A stretch of 64,000 bases of DNA from Hyaloraphidium curvatum SAG 235-1 (lineage: Eukaryota; Fungi; Monoblepharomycota). Location: the NCBI GenBank assembly GCA_025558095.1, contig JAIVFI010000005.1, positions 806,001-870,000 on the forward strand. The letters are read 5' to 3'. Below are positions 1 through 10,294 of the stretch, in pieces. Each line of letters begins with the position of its first letter. The stretch's first letter is position 1. Made by a program: the position numbers and the translations under genes. Below the pieces are notes generated by a model that searched no databases, had not been told where the DNA came from, and was given only the letters and a program-made list of their open reading frames with translations.

Positions 1-100
1 CCGCGGGGTCCACCGCAGGCAACGCGTCGAACGGCGTCCCTCGCGACGGCAACGCCACCGGGAGCAGCGCCGCGTACTCCAGGCTGTCAAAAAGCGGCAT
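1..100 (-). CDS. 5' end of a gene running off the window; possibly a third member of the multi-TM family at 10295 and 56662
   Basis: ATG at 100 gives MPLFDSLEYAALLPVALPSRGTPFDALPAVDPA, loosely like the N-termini of 10295 (AELLAVLPDVDTP) and 56662 (EDWLLLFPEAP..PPPVDPA). Only 33 codons are visible. Confidence 0.35.
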   Translation of the reverse strand, partial: MPLFDSLEYAALLPVALPSRGTPFDALPAVDPA

Positions 101-261
101 GACCGCGGTCGATTGGGGGAAACTCGCTCTGCATGAAATCTCTTGCTTCGGACTGTTCATCTGGTTGGCACGAGATCTGTCGCCGCAGGTGCCCGTTGAT
201 CGTTCGTACCATCGCTCATTACTGGGCACCCAAGGTCCCGGCTGCAGGCATCAACGACCCT

Positions 262-1971
262 TCATGCGCTCGTCTCCGGCCCATCCACCTCGGCGGCCCT
301 CCGCCCCTTTGCCTCCCTCGCCTTGTCCTCCACTTCCCTGAGCACCTCCTCTGCCCTTTTCTGCAGCTCCCCGTCCCCCGCCTTGCCCGCCGCCGCAACC
401 AGCTCCTTCAGCTCCGTCGCCGCCTGCGCGTACCATCCCTGCGCCTCCAGGATCACGGCATGGTTGAACCCGGCCGCCTTGAGGCATTCCGCGCACGCCG
501 GCTCCCGCGGCCGCGACTCGGCCAGCAGCTTCGCCGACTCGGCCCACTGCCGTGCCATCCTCAGGTCCGCCGCATATCCCGTCGCCTTGGGCCCCATGCT
601 TTTCGCCAGCGGCGGCGGCGACCCGTCCGGCAGCGGCGCCTTCCTCCTCGCCTGCCTGTACACGCCATCGGCGAGGTTGCACATGATGGTCGCGCGGCGG
701 CACACGGCCTGCCGGTCGTGCTTGTCGGCCCAGGTGAGCGCGGCGTAGAGGTGGTAGATCCCGTCGCCGTAGCTCCCGCGCGCCGTTGCCTCCTCGAGGG
801 GGTGCCGCAGCGCGGGCGGGACGGCATCGTTACCGGCCTCGATGTGGGCGGCGAGCTTGATGAGGAGCACGCCGACGGCTTCCTGGCCGAGCGAGACCTC
901 GAGGGGCGTGAGCCAGGACGGCGGGTTAGGGGGAGTGAAGGGGAGCCGGGGACGTTGTCGGGCGGCCTGCGAAGGGGCCAGCTGGGAAGGGACGGCCTGT
1001 GAAGGGGCCGGCTGGGAGATATCCGCCGGGGGAGCGGCACTCGAGCTGTCGCCAGCCACCGAGCCGGGCCCGCCATCGGCGTTCGGTCCCGCGACACGTG
1101 GCGCCGACGCCTCGGCCGCCGCCGCCGCGCCGTCCTTGGCGTTCGGCGCCGCGTCCATCCGAGCGACCGTCTGCAGCAGCGCCGCCCGCCGCTTCCCGTA
1201 GTCCTGCACAATGCTCTGCATCTCGGGCCGCGTCCCAGGCTCCCGGAACGACGGCCACATGTCCGCCAGCGTGAGCTTCATGAAGGTCGCGATGGCCACG
1301 GCATCGGGCGCCGGCGGCGCCTCCATCGAGTTGAACAGCTCGATGATCTGCATGCCCAAGGCAAACTGCCGCCGCCAACGGCGCTCCCTATCCTCCTTGG
1401 ACTCTTTTCCCAGGGCATCGGGGCCGATGGCGCCCGCCTCGAGCGCCCCCAGCGCGCGCTGCAGCACCTTGGCCCCGTCCAGCGGACGCCCCATGCCCTC
1501 CAGCAGCTCCGCCTCGCGCACAAACAACCCCACCATGCCCTCGGAATGGCCCGGCATGCCGCCCTCGAAGGCCGCGCGGGCCGCCTGCTCGTACAGCGAG
1601 ATCGCGGCGTCGGGTACGTCTCCCCGTGCGTCCACGATTGCCGCCCGCTGCAGCAACTTGAGGGCCTCGGGCGGAAAGGCATTCAAGTCCCCGAAGCGGC
1701 GCGGGAGGAAGGCGTCCGAGGCCCAGATCAGGCCGGCGGCGCCCAGCGCGGCGAACATCAGCCGGCGGTGGGCCGCGGAGGGCGCGGCGTGCGGGGCGTC
1801 CCGCGGCTCGGTGCCCGGCCGGTAGAGGAGGAGCGTCGTGCGGTTCGGGCGGGCCGTGACGATCCGGCGGTGCGGCAAATGGTGCGAAGATGCGGAGTTG
1901 CGTGGGCCGGGAGGGTGGCGCCCTCCCGGCCCGGCAAAAGCGCCGGGCACCGGACGCCCGGCCAGCAGCAT
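262..1971 (-). CDS. Mgr3-like mitochondrial inner-membrane TPR/helical-repeat protein (i-AAA protease adaptor)
   Basis: Basic presequence-like N-terminus, one TM (LMFAALGAAGLIWAS), then FPPEALKLLQRAA..AISLYEQAARAAFEGGMPGHSEGMVGLFVREAELLE and TPR-like C-terminal helices. Start codon uncertain (1971, 2002 or 2014). Confidence 0.6.
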   Translation of the reverse strand: MLLAGRPVPGAFAGPGGRHPPGPRNSASSHHLPHRRIVTARPNRTTLLLYRPGTEPRDAPHAAPSAAHRRLMFAALGAAGLIWASDAFLPRRFGDLNAFPPEALKLLQRAAIVDARGDVPDAAISLYEQAARAAFEGGMPGHSEGMVGLFVREAELLEGMGRPLDGAKVLQRALGALEAGAIGPDALGKESKEDRERRWRRQFALGMQIIELFNSMEAPPAPDAVAIATFMKLTLADMWPSFREPGTRPEMQSIVQDYGKRRAALLQTVARMDAAPNAKDGAAAAAEASAPRVAGPNADGGPGSVAGDSSSAAPPADISQPAPSQAVPSQLAPSQAARQRPRLPFTPPNPPSWLTPLEVSLGQEAVGVLLIKLAAHIEAGNDAVPPALRHPLEEATARGSYGDGIYHLYAALTWADKHDRQAVCRRATIMCNLADGVYRQARRKAPLPDGSPPPLAKSMGPKATGYAADLRMARQWAESAKLLAESRPREPACAECLKAAGFNHAVILEAQGWYAQAATELKELVAAAGKAGDGELQKRAEEVLREVEDKAREAKGRRAAEVDGPETSA

Positions 1972-2305
1972 GTCCAGGCAGCTCGAACAGCTGCGGCCCA
2001 TGTGGTTTCGCATCGTGGCCGGCCCAGGAAGGGGCGCCGCCGGGTGGGGATGTTTGGGTGGCGGCAACTAGAGAATCCGTCAACCCAAACTGCACGGCCT
2101 GTCCTCGCGGACTCGGATCGAGGGCGGCAGGAAGGCTTCAGAAAGCACGGGCGTTAGAGAGAGAGACATCGAAAGTACTTCGTCTTTTAGTCAGAAGCCC
2201 GGACTCGGGTCCGCCGGTCGTCCAGCTCCTCCAACTCCTCCAGTAGCCCATGCCCTGGCATCTGAGCACAGATCACTGTCAAATGTCCGTCGAAACAGCT
2301 CAGAT

Positions 2306-2965
2306 TCATCTCAATCCCCCCGTCCCTTCCCTCATCCGTCCTCCCCGCTGGTCAGAGCGCCCCCTTCCGCGCCGGCACCTCGTTCGCCCTCTCCTCATTG
2401 GGATCCGCCACCGGCACCTCCACCCCCCCGATCTTCCCCTCCGGATTCCACGAACTGGTCCTTATCGTCCCATCATCGCTCCTCCCCTCCTCGTCCAGGT
2501 TCCCGGGACCGTGCTCCACGTGCGCGCGCTCCGGCTCCCCCGACGCCTTCGAGGTTGGGAGCTCGGGCGGGTACGGGGAGCGCGGTCAGGGTGCCGCTCG
2601 GAGAAGGTGGGGAATTTCGAGGCGGGGAAGAGGTGAAGGGGGGAGGGTCCGAGGGTGCCCATGCCGGGGGCGTTGGGGTCGCCCGAGCCTGTCTGTGGGA
2701 GGATTCGAAAGCCCGCGGTTAGCCGCGCTCGGGCCATGCCGACGCCATGCTGCGCTCCCACCTTATCCGTCACGATGCTCGTCGACGGGTCCGACGACGC
2801 AACGGGCATCGGGTTCAATCCCGCCGGCATGCCCTCGGCGATGGACGCCGAGCCGCCCGTGTCCTCTTCCCCCTTGACCCGGACCGAGCTGCGGCGCTGA
2901 GGTGAGCTGAGGTGCTGTGGAAGAACGGGAAGGGCCCACGATTCTTTGCTGGCCTCGCTGGCCAT
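2306..2965 (-). CDS. small hypothetical hydrophilic protein, spliced, frame unresolved
   Basis: ATG at 2965 and a plausible intron near 2691-2760 (GTGGGA..GCTAAC..CAG). The acidic C-terminal frame ending at 2306 does not join cleanly. Confidence 0.3.
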
Positions 2966-3303
2966 GCTTTGTCGGTTTGTGAGGGATGACGTGGTGGTCG
3001 CGGGCGCGCCCCGCAAGCCGCGGACGATCAGGGCCAACACTCGGACTCCGAGATGACTACTGGCTGGATCAAGATCAACTTTCTCAAGAGAACAGAAGAA
3101 GTAAAAGCAGATTTCTCCAGCGGCGAGGCTATAGCTCATGTTGGACTACGGTGGTCTTCGCGGCCTTCTGAACTCCTTCTGTACCAAGGCTGATGATCTC
3201 ACACCGTCGAGTAAGCTCGGCTGGTTTCTCAATCCGCCGCCGCAAATGCCCCATGCCGCACACGCATGCATTCGGGACAAGAGCTTTTCATCGAATGTTG
3301 TCT

Positions 3304-4620
3304 TTACAGCGCCGAGCTCCGCGACCCCGCCAGCGGATCCCCCGACGCCCTCTCGAGCACCTTCCTCTGCGGCAGCCGGAACCGGTACTTCGGATCCACC
3401 CCGCAGTCCCTGAGCTCCTCGTCCCGCCGCGACGGGTCCACCTTGTACTCGGCGGGGTCGATGCCCTGCGACGCGACCACGTCGGTGTCTATCGTGAGGT
3501 TGCCCGTGTAGTCGGCCGGCTGCATGACGATGGTGTACACGGCGTCGGCCTGCACGCCCGTATGGTAGCAGTAGGGCGCCGAGGTGTCGGAGAAGCGGAA
3601 GCGGACCGCGGCTGAACGTGCGGGGCGCGGGTCACGGGCCGGATCCGGAGACGGCACCCGCACGACGCACCCGTGAAGACGAACTTGCGCGGCCACAGCC
3701 CGTTCACCGCCACCCCCGCCGCGCGCAGCTCCTCCGCGTGCCCGAGCACCTGCAGCGACATGCCCGTTTTCGCTGTCCAGTAGCCGGCGCCGATCGCGAA
3801 CGGCTCCGTCGTGATCGGCGGGCACATGGTGATCACCTTGGGGTTGCGGCCCGCGCGCGCAGAGGCCTTGAGGTGCGGGATGCAGGCCTTGGTGACCAGC
3901 CAGGTTCCCCTACAAGAACAATGAGCGCTGGGGATCCGTTCGCCTCCCGGCGCGCCGGCTTCACCTGTTGTTTATCTATGGAGGAGACCGTGAGCGCTCG
4001 GTGTGCGTCGGGTTCCCGGCGCGCCGGCCTTACCTGGTGCACCAAGTCAAATTCCTTGACGCTTAGCTGCTCGGTCTGCTGCGTGTGGAGGGCAGATGCG
4101 TTGTTGATGAGAATGTCTTGTCGAGGGGGAGGAGAGTATTCCAGGTGAGGGAGCACGGGAGGGTGCGGGAAAAGGTGAGCGAGAAGGAGCGGGAACTAGT
4201 GAGCGAGAAGTACAGAGTCGGCCCGAGCTCCGGCCCCACCGATGCCCCCGAACGCGTCCACGGCGGCCTGCACGGCCTTGAACACCTGCTCCTCGCTTCG
4301 GATGTCGCACGGCAGCCCCAGCGCCGCCGGTGCCCCCGCTGCCTTGCACTCCTCTTCCGCTGGAAGTCAGCCGCCGCAAGTCCGTGCCTCAACCCTCGAA
4401 TCCCACCGGCGGCCGAGTATATCGTTCCCGGGAGCTTCGAATGCGGGTCCGTCGTCTTTCCCGTGATCACCACGCGGGCGCCCTCCCGGGCGAGGCGGAC
4501 GGCGCAGGCGAGGCCGATGCCGCGCGTTCCGCCGGAGCTGCCGGGGGCCGCCTTAGCTCCCCGCATAACACGAGATCGCGATGGGACCAACACGAAGACG
4601 ACCTTGTCGCGGAGGGACAT
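3304..4620 (-). CDS. HSDL2-like short-chain dehydrogenase/reductase, multi-exon
   Basis: GGTRGIGLACAVRLAREGARVVITGKTTDPHSKLPGTIYSAA, DILINNASA, spliced HQINNRGTWLVTK, YWTAKTGMS (YxxxK), VAVNGLWPR; several GT-AG introns. Confidence 0.85.
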
Positions 4621-4917
4621 GGCGGTACCGGAGACTATGGGCAGGGGGAGACACCGTTGAGTCAAGGGATCGACCGACGCCGCGCGGAAGTAAACAAACG
4701 TCCGACGATCCTCCTCCGCGGATGCTTCGCCAGCATGCGCATGCAATGCAATAGCCATTGCTGGCACCACCTGGCACTTTGGCCCGGCCCAGACGCCCGA
4801 TGAGGTCCGGGATGCCGTTCACCTCTCGCGATACGCAAGGGCACAGGAACACCCCCGCCTCGGTAAACAGGCCCTGAGACTCTCTTCGTGCTCCCCGCCT
4901 CCATCGCCATTCCTTCA

Positions 4918-5833
4918 ATGTGGACCGCTGCGCTCCGGTCGGTGGCTCGGGCGGCACGTGCCGCGGCCGCCCCGCGGGCCGGCGCAGCACCGCCAGCACG
5001 GTCCCTGCTGCGGGTGCGACCTCCCACAGCACTGCACGCGCCGGTCGGGACCCCGATCGCGCTCCGGAGATTCGCGGGGACAGCCGCTCCCGCCGCCGCG
5101 GCGGAAGGGGACGAGGAAGTCCGCACGGACGTGCTGACCAAGGAGGAGCAGGCCCGGCTCACGCCCGCGGAGGTCCTTCGCCGGCTCAAAGAGGGCAATG
5201 GGACCTATGTCTCGGGTGATGTGACCTCCCGAGACCACGTCGAGCAGGTGGTTCCCTCGATTGGACGCGCCGACTGCCTGTGTGCTGACCAACAACCGAC
5301 GACGGCGAAACATTCCGATGTCCCAGGTACGCAAGGCCGCCAAAGGACAGTACCCCAAAGCCGTCGTCCTGTCCTGCCTCGACTCGAGGGTTCCCGTCGA
5401 GGACGTGTTCGACTGCGGCATTGGCGACCTCTTCGTCGCCCGCGTCGCTGGCAACTTCGCCAACACCGACATCATCGCCAGCATGGAGTTTGCCTGCAAG
5501 GTTGCGGGGGCCAAGCTGGTGCTGTGTCTCGGGCATGAGCACTGCGGTGCGGTCAAGGGAGCCATCGACAAGGTCCAGCTGGGTCTGCTCCCCAAGATGC
5601 TGGAAAACATCGAGCCCGCCGTCGAGGACGCCCTGGCACGCTCCCCGGGGACGAAAAGGACGAGCGCAGACGAGTCTTTCGTGCACCTGGTCGCGGAGCG
5701 CAACGTGGCGCTGGCCGTGGACAAGATCCGCCGCGAAAGCGAGGTCCTGCGTGCGCTCGAAGCCGAGGGGAGCATCATGATCGTCGGTGCCATGTACGAC
5801 ATGGACACGGCTGAAGTCGTCTTTATGGAGTAG
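4918..5833 (+). CDS. beta-class carbonic anhydrase with mitochondrial-type presequence; intron 5248-5326
   Basis: Zn motifs SCLDSRVP and GHEHCGAV, plus LFVARVAGN. Arg/Ala-rich N-terminus. Removing the intron gives a continuous frame. Confidence 0.92.
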
Positions 5834-5980
5834 AAGGCGGCGGCATTGGAAAGCGCTGAGTGTGCATGGATCGGCGGGCGGAGGCACAAGGCGGAGGCGA
5901 CAATAGACAAACCTCCCCACCGTCCAACCCCAAATCATCAACGCATCGTTAGCCGACCGGGCTGCGCCCTCTCCTTCTCA

Positions 5981-7063
5981 ATGGCCGAGCGGGCATCGCC
6001 CCATTTCGTGGACGTGGACCTTACGCCCACGCTCGTGGACGCGCTACTCCGCCCGCACCTCTATGAGCGCTGCGTCGCGGTGGAGCGGATGCCCGTGGGC
6101 TGGAACAACCTCGCCGCGCGCGTGTTGCTGGAAGACCCCTCGGGGGTGCGGACGGACCGCCTGTTGCGGCTGTCCAAGGCCACCTGGCCAAGGGAGAAGA
6201 TCGAGAACGAGGTCGCCGCGCTCGAGGTCGCGCGCGCGATCGACTTCGGCGGGGTCGCGGTGCCCCAAATCCTCGCCCACGGCTTTGCGGGCGAGCATGG
6301 CGACTTTCATTGGCTGCTCATGGACTTTCTCCCGGGGCGCAACCTCGAGGGCGTGTGGAGGACACTCTCACTTGAAGACAAGGAGCGCGTGCTCGACGGC
6401 GTCGCCGGCATCGTCCGCGGGCTGCGCTCCGTCCGCTTCCCCACCATCGGAGGGTGGAAGATGGCGCCCTCGGGGCCGGGGATCGGGCCGTACTTTGACG
6501 GCGGGTTCGGGCCCTATGCCCGGGAAGCGGAATACCTCCTCGACCGCCTCGAGAAGCGGCTCTCCCGCGTCCTGTCATCCCCCGACGCGGCCTTGGCGGC
6601 GCTCGGCGCCCATGTCTCTTTGATGCTCCCCCGTATCCGTGCGGCCGTGGAGGCACTCCCCCACTCCGACACGGTCCTCTTCCACGGGGACCTCGCCTTC
6701 CGCAACATGCTCGTCGTCGGCGCCCCCGGGCACGCCCGTGTCTCCGCCTTGCTGGACTGGGAGTGGGCCGGCGCGATGCCGGCGTGGTGCGACTTTGCCG
6801 GCGCGGAGATGCTCGAGCCGGACGGCAGCCCCGCGGACGAGGACGAGGCCGCGCGGATCAGGGAGGGGCTCAAGGGGAGGGAGCTCGGGGTGTACGAAGC
6901 CGCGCCGGGGTTCCGGACGCGGGAGGCGGTGGAGGGGCTTTCGGACGCGCTGACGCTGTGGCGCCTGGATTCGGGCATGGACACGGCGGAGGAGGCCGTG
7001 GGACGGATCCAGGACAAGCTCGATGCGTTGCTAAACGGCATGGCTTCTTCTACTGTACTCTAA
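5981..7063 (+). CDS. aminoglycoside phosphotransferase/choline kinase-like (APH family) kinase
   Basis: GWNNLA, LLRLSK, ENEVAAL, Brenner motif HGDLAFRNMLV, LLDWEWAG; intron-less. Confidence 0.85.
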   Translation: MAERASPHFVDVDLTPTLVDALLRPHLYERCVAVERMPVGWNNLAARVLLEDPSGVRTDRLLRLSKATWPREKIENEVAALEVARAIDFGGVAVPQILAHGFAGEHGDFHWLLMDFLPGRNLEGVWRTLSLEDKERVLDGVAGIVRGLRSVRFPTIGGWKMAPSGPGIGPYFDGGFGPYAREAEYLLDRLEKRLSRVLSSPDAALAALGAHVSLMLPRIRAAVEALPHSDTVLFHGDLAFRNMLVVGAPGHARVSALLDWEWAGAMPAWCDFAGAEMLEPDGSPADEDEAARIREGLKGRELGVYEAAPGFRTREAVEGLSDALTLWRLDSGMDTAEEAVGRIQDKLDALLNGMASSTVL

Positions 7064-7095
7064 AGCCGCGCGACCCGCGCCCCCTCAGCGACAGT

Positions 7096-8379
7096 TCACC
7101 CCTTCCCGAAGCGCACACCGCCGTCCCCCTGCGTCCCACGCTTCTTCTCCTCGAGGTATCTCCTCACCGCGCTTCCGAGCCTCCTCGCCCCCTCCTCGAG
7201 CCGTTCCTCCCCGTTCCTCGAAAAGTTGAGCCGCATCCCGTCCTTCAGGTTCCCCTCCGGATCGAACACGCTCGAGGGCACGAACGCGACGCCTTCCTGC
7301 CCAGCGACGCCGTACAGCGCGTCGGTGTCGATCCCCGTCCCGGGCTTGGCCCGGGCCCAGATGAACATGCCCCCGGGGGGCAGCTCCCACTCGAACCATT
7401 CGCCGATCTCTTTCCCGAGGGCGGCCGCCAGCGCGTCCCGCCTCCGCTTGTACGCGTCCCTGATCACAGGCCCGTGCGCGACGTCGGCGCCGGCGAGCAG
7501 CAGCTCGTACGCGATCGCGTGGCACAGCGACGACGACGCGAGGTCCGCCGAGGATTTGGCCAGCGCGAGCTGCCGCATCATCGCCGGGCTGGCCGCGGCC
7601 CAGCCGACCCTCAGGCCCGGCACGAGAGACTTGGAGAGCGTGCCGAGGTACACCACCGGGCCGTCGTACGGCTGCCCCGGGCGCTCCGCGGCCCTCGCCG
7701 ACGCGTCCATGGATATCAGGCTGGGGGGTGCCGGCCCGTCCAGCTGCAGCGCTTCGTACGGGTCGTCTTCCACCAGCCAGACGTTGGCCTCAAGCGCCGC
7801 GGCGAGCACCGCCCTGCGCCGCTCCTCGGGAACCAGCGCCCCCGTCGGGTTGGAGTAGTTCGGCACCGCGTAGACGAACTTGGCCTCGCGGAAGACGGCG
7901 ACCATCGCGTCGTGCGGCGCGTCCCAGTCCAGCTTCGCGTAGCCTGGCCTCCGCGGTCTCCACGCGTCCAAGGCGCCGAGGTACGTTGGGAATTGGGCGA
8001 CCACCTTTTCCCCGGGATCCAGGAGGATCTTGCCCAGCAGGTCGAGCGCCTGCATCGCCCCCGTGGTCAAGATCACGTTGTCCGCGGTGAAGCAGCCCCC
8101 CGTGGAATCCGACATCCTGTCCGCGACGAGCTGCCTCAAGTCCCCCATGCCCTCGCAGGGTCCGTACTCGGCCGCCTTTGCCCCGTGCCTCTCGATCGCT
8201 TTGGCCGACGCCTCCTTCAAAAGGTCGAGCGGGTAAAGCTCCGCCGCCGGCAGCCCGCCCGCGAGCGAAACGACGTCCGGCCGCCCCGACAGGGTCAGAA
8301 AGTGCCGCGTCACCGAGTTGGCGGTGGCGTCCCAATCTGAGAACGGGGGAAGCGCGGGCGGCGTGTCCCCGGAGGGCAT
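7096..8379 (-). CDS. PLP-dependent class I aminotransferase (LysN/ARO8-like), bacterial-type, intron-less
   Basis: VSLAGGLP, YGPCEG, TTGAMQALDL, PNYSNPTG, EDDPY, GTLSKSLVPGLRVGW (PLP Lys), PPGGMFIW, MRLNFS. Confidence 0.92.
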   Translation of the reverse strand: MPSGDTPPALPPFSDWDATANSVTRHFLTLSGRPDVVSLAGGLPAAELYPLDLLKEASAKAIERHGAKAAEYGPCEGMGDLRQLVADRMSDSTGGCFTADNVILTTGAMQALDLLGKILLDPGEKVVAQFPTYLGALDAWRPRRPGYAKLDWDAPHDAMVAVFREAKFVYAVPNYSNPTGALVPEERRRAVLAAALEANVWLVEDDPYEALQLDGPAPPSLISMDASARAAERPGQPYDGPVVYLGTLSKSLVPGLRVGWAAASPAMMRQLALAKSSADLASSSLCHAIAYELLLAGADVAHGPVIRDAYKRRRDALAAALGKEIGEWFEWELPPGGMFIWARAKPGTGIDTDALYGVAGQEGVAFVPSSVFDPEGNLKDGMRLNFSRNGEERLEEGARRLGSAVRRYLEEKKRGTQGDGGVRFGKG

Positions 8380-8608
8380 TTCGGCAAGGGAGATTGCGGG
8401 AGACGGGAGGTTCTGGAGGTGGCGCTGATCGCCGATCGCGGACCCACGAACCCGCACGCCCAACACCCATCACACGACTCTTTGCAAGCGAGAGAGGCGG
8501 CACGGATGGGAGGATTGCAAGAGGAAGAGGGACGAGAAGTCTTGATCGGTGCGCCCGGAATCACGGCCAAAGCTCTACATCGACATGCCCGCTGCCGTCA
8601 AAACGCGA

Positions 8609-9741
8609 TCACTCCACCAGCTCAAACTCGCCCTCCACGGTTCTTCCGTACTGCCCCCTGTGCCTCTCCCACAGAGACCTCAGCGCGGCGATGTACACCG
8701 CGAGCCATTTGTCGACGACCGCCGGATCACCCTCCGCCCCGCGCGGCACGGCGATCGGGGTGCCGACGACCGCCTTGAGGCCCTTCTGCGGCACGCGGGG
8801 GAGGAGGAGGAAGGGAGGGGTGCCGGGGACGGGCATCCAACCGAGCCATTTCTGGCGCGACAGGGAGTCAGGAGACAGCGAGAATGTTGGGGGTTGGGCG
8901 GCGACCCACCTTGCAGAAGCCGGAGAAAGCGTCCCAGAGCATGCCGCGGGGAGGGGGAGGGTACAGCTCGTTCTCGCCAAAAATCCAGACCGGCACGAGC
9001 TTCGCCCTGCTCGATCACTGAATCGTCGGCGATCCGCGTCCCCGGCTGCCGAGGCACCCACCCCGTCCGCATGGCCATCCTCACCAACCCCTTGCGCCTG
9101 TGCAGCACAAGCCTGTTGCTCCCGACGTACGCCTGCTCCGCCGCTCCGCCGGGGACGAGGTACATCGCCCTGCTCTCGCCCTTGTCGCCTCCCTTGAGCC
9201 AGGTCTCCATCGCCTTGGGGCTCGCGCTCATGACCCCGCCCGCTAGGACCATCTCCCTCACAAACGGCAGGGCGAACTGCGCCGTCACGGTGGTGCCTCG
9301 CAGCCGGCAGTACCCCTTTTCGACCGAGACGAGCTCCGGGAACGCCTCGGCGAAGGATTCGGTGAGCATCAGCGCGGCCCACGTGCCGTTGCCGAAAGCT
9401 CCGTGAGGGTGCGTGCAAAAGAGGTAGCGCTCGCCCGGCTGCGCGGCGTACGATTTCCAGCCGGCGTCGAGGACGACTTCCCCGCCGAGGCGCCGCACGA
9501 TGCGCCGGGTGAGCGGCCACGCCCGGATGCGGGGCTGCAGCCACGCACGCTTGCCCTCGAGCGGCGCGGTGTCGAGGAACCAGGCCCAGGAGGCGTACAG
9601 GGCGAGGCAGAGGAGGACGAGCGGGTTGACGAGGGAAAGCCACAGCGAGGCGACGAGGAGCAGGAAGGCGGGGGCGGTGAGGGAGTAGGGCTGCGACAGC
9701 AGCGATGCTGCGATCTCGAGTAGGGTGGCGCTGAGGGGCAT
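8609..9741 (-). CDS. diacylglycerol/monoacylglycerol acyltransferase (DGAT2/MOGAT family), spliced
   Basis: N-terminal TM, YLFCTHPHG, VPGGAAEQ, RRKGLVRMAMRTG, LVPVWIFGENE, VVGTPI..YIAALRSLWERH; two probable introns near 8870-9060. Confidence 0.88.
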
Positions 9742-10246
9742 TTTCCGAAGCGGGTGGTTGCTAGGCGCTTGGACGTCAGGTGACTGGTTGGTGTTTGGGG
9801 AGCGATGAGTCAGTGCGAAGGTCAAAGCTCCTCGCGCCTGCCGCGGCCGCCCAATCAAGAAAACCGTTTGCAGGAGGGTTTTGCCCATGGAGAATTGCCG
9901 CTGGACACCATGCTGCTTTGCTTTGATTTCCGGCCGACGCCTGAGATGGGCGTGGCTGCGATGTCTGCTTCTGTCTGCCCCGGAGGAGTCAGACGACGGA
10001 CCCAGGGCGTTTTACGGTAGAGAGCCAAACGAGCCAAGACCGTCGGCGAGCTCTAGGAACGCGAATTTCGTCCCTACGGACGACAAGTCCAGTGCGATGC
10101 TCGATTGGACTGCCGCGAGGAGGTGTCCAGGGGAGTTTTTCGGCGGAACTGGCATTCAAAGTGTCTTGATCTCGAGCTGGACCCGGGCTTGGGCGCGATT
10201 GAAGCCTACGAGGAACCCTGAGAGGCTTGCGTTTGGTCCGACTTCA

Positions 10247-10269
10247 AGGGTCAGGGTCAGGGTCAGGGT
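10247..10269 (+). repeat. short (AGGGTC)x~4 tandem repeat
   Basis: AGGGTCAGGGTCAGGGTCAGGGT, ending 25 nt upstream of the ATG at 10295. Confidence 0.7.
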
Positions 10270-10294
10270 GGCGGTAGAACGCGACTTCTAAAAC

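Noticed and set aside
10247-10269. (TCAGGG)n as a telomere or interstitial telomeric seed
   Set aside because: Under four units, not TTAGGG, and in a promoter/5' UTR position; most likely a microsatellite.
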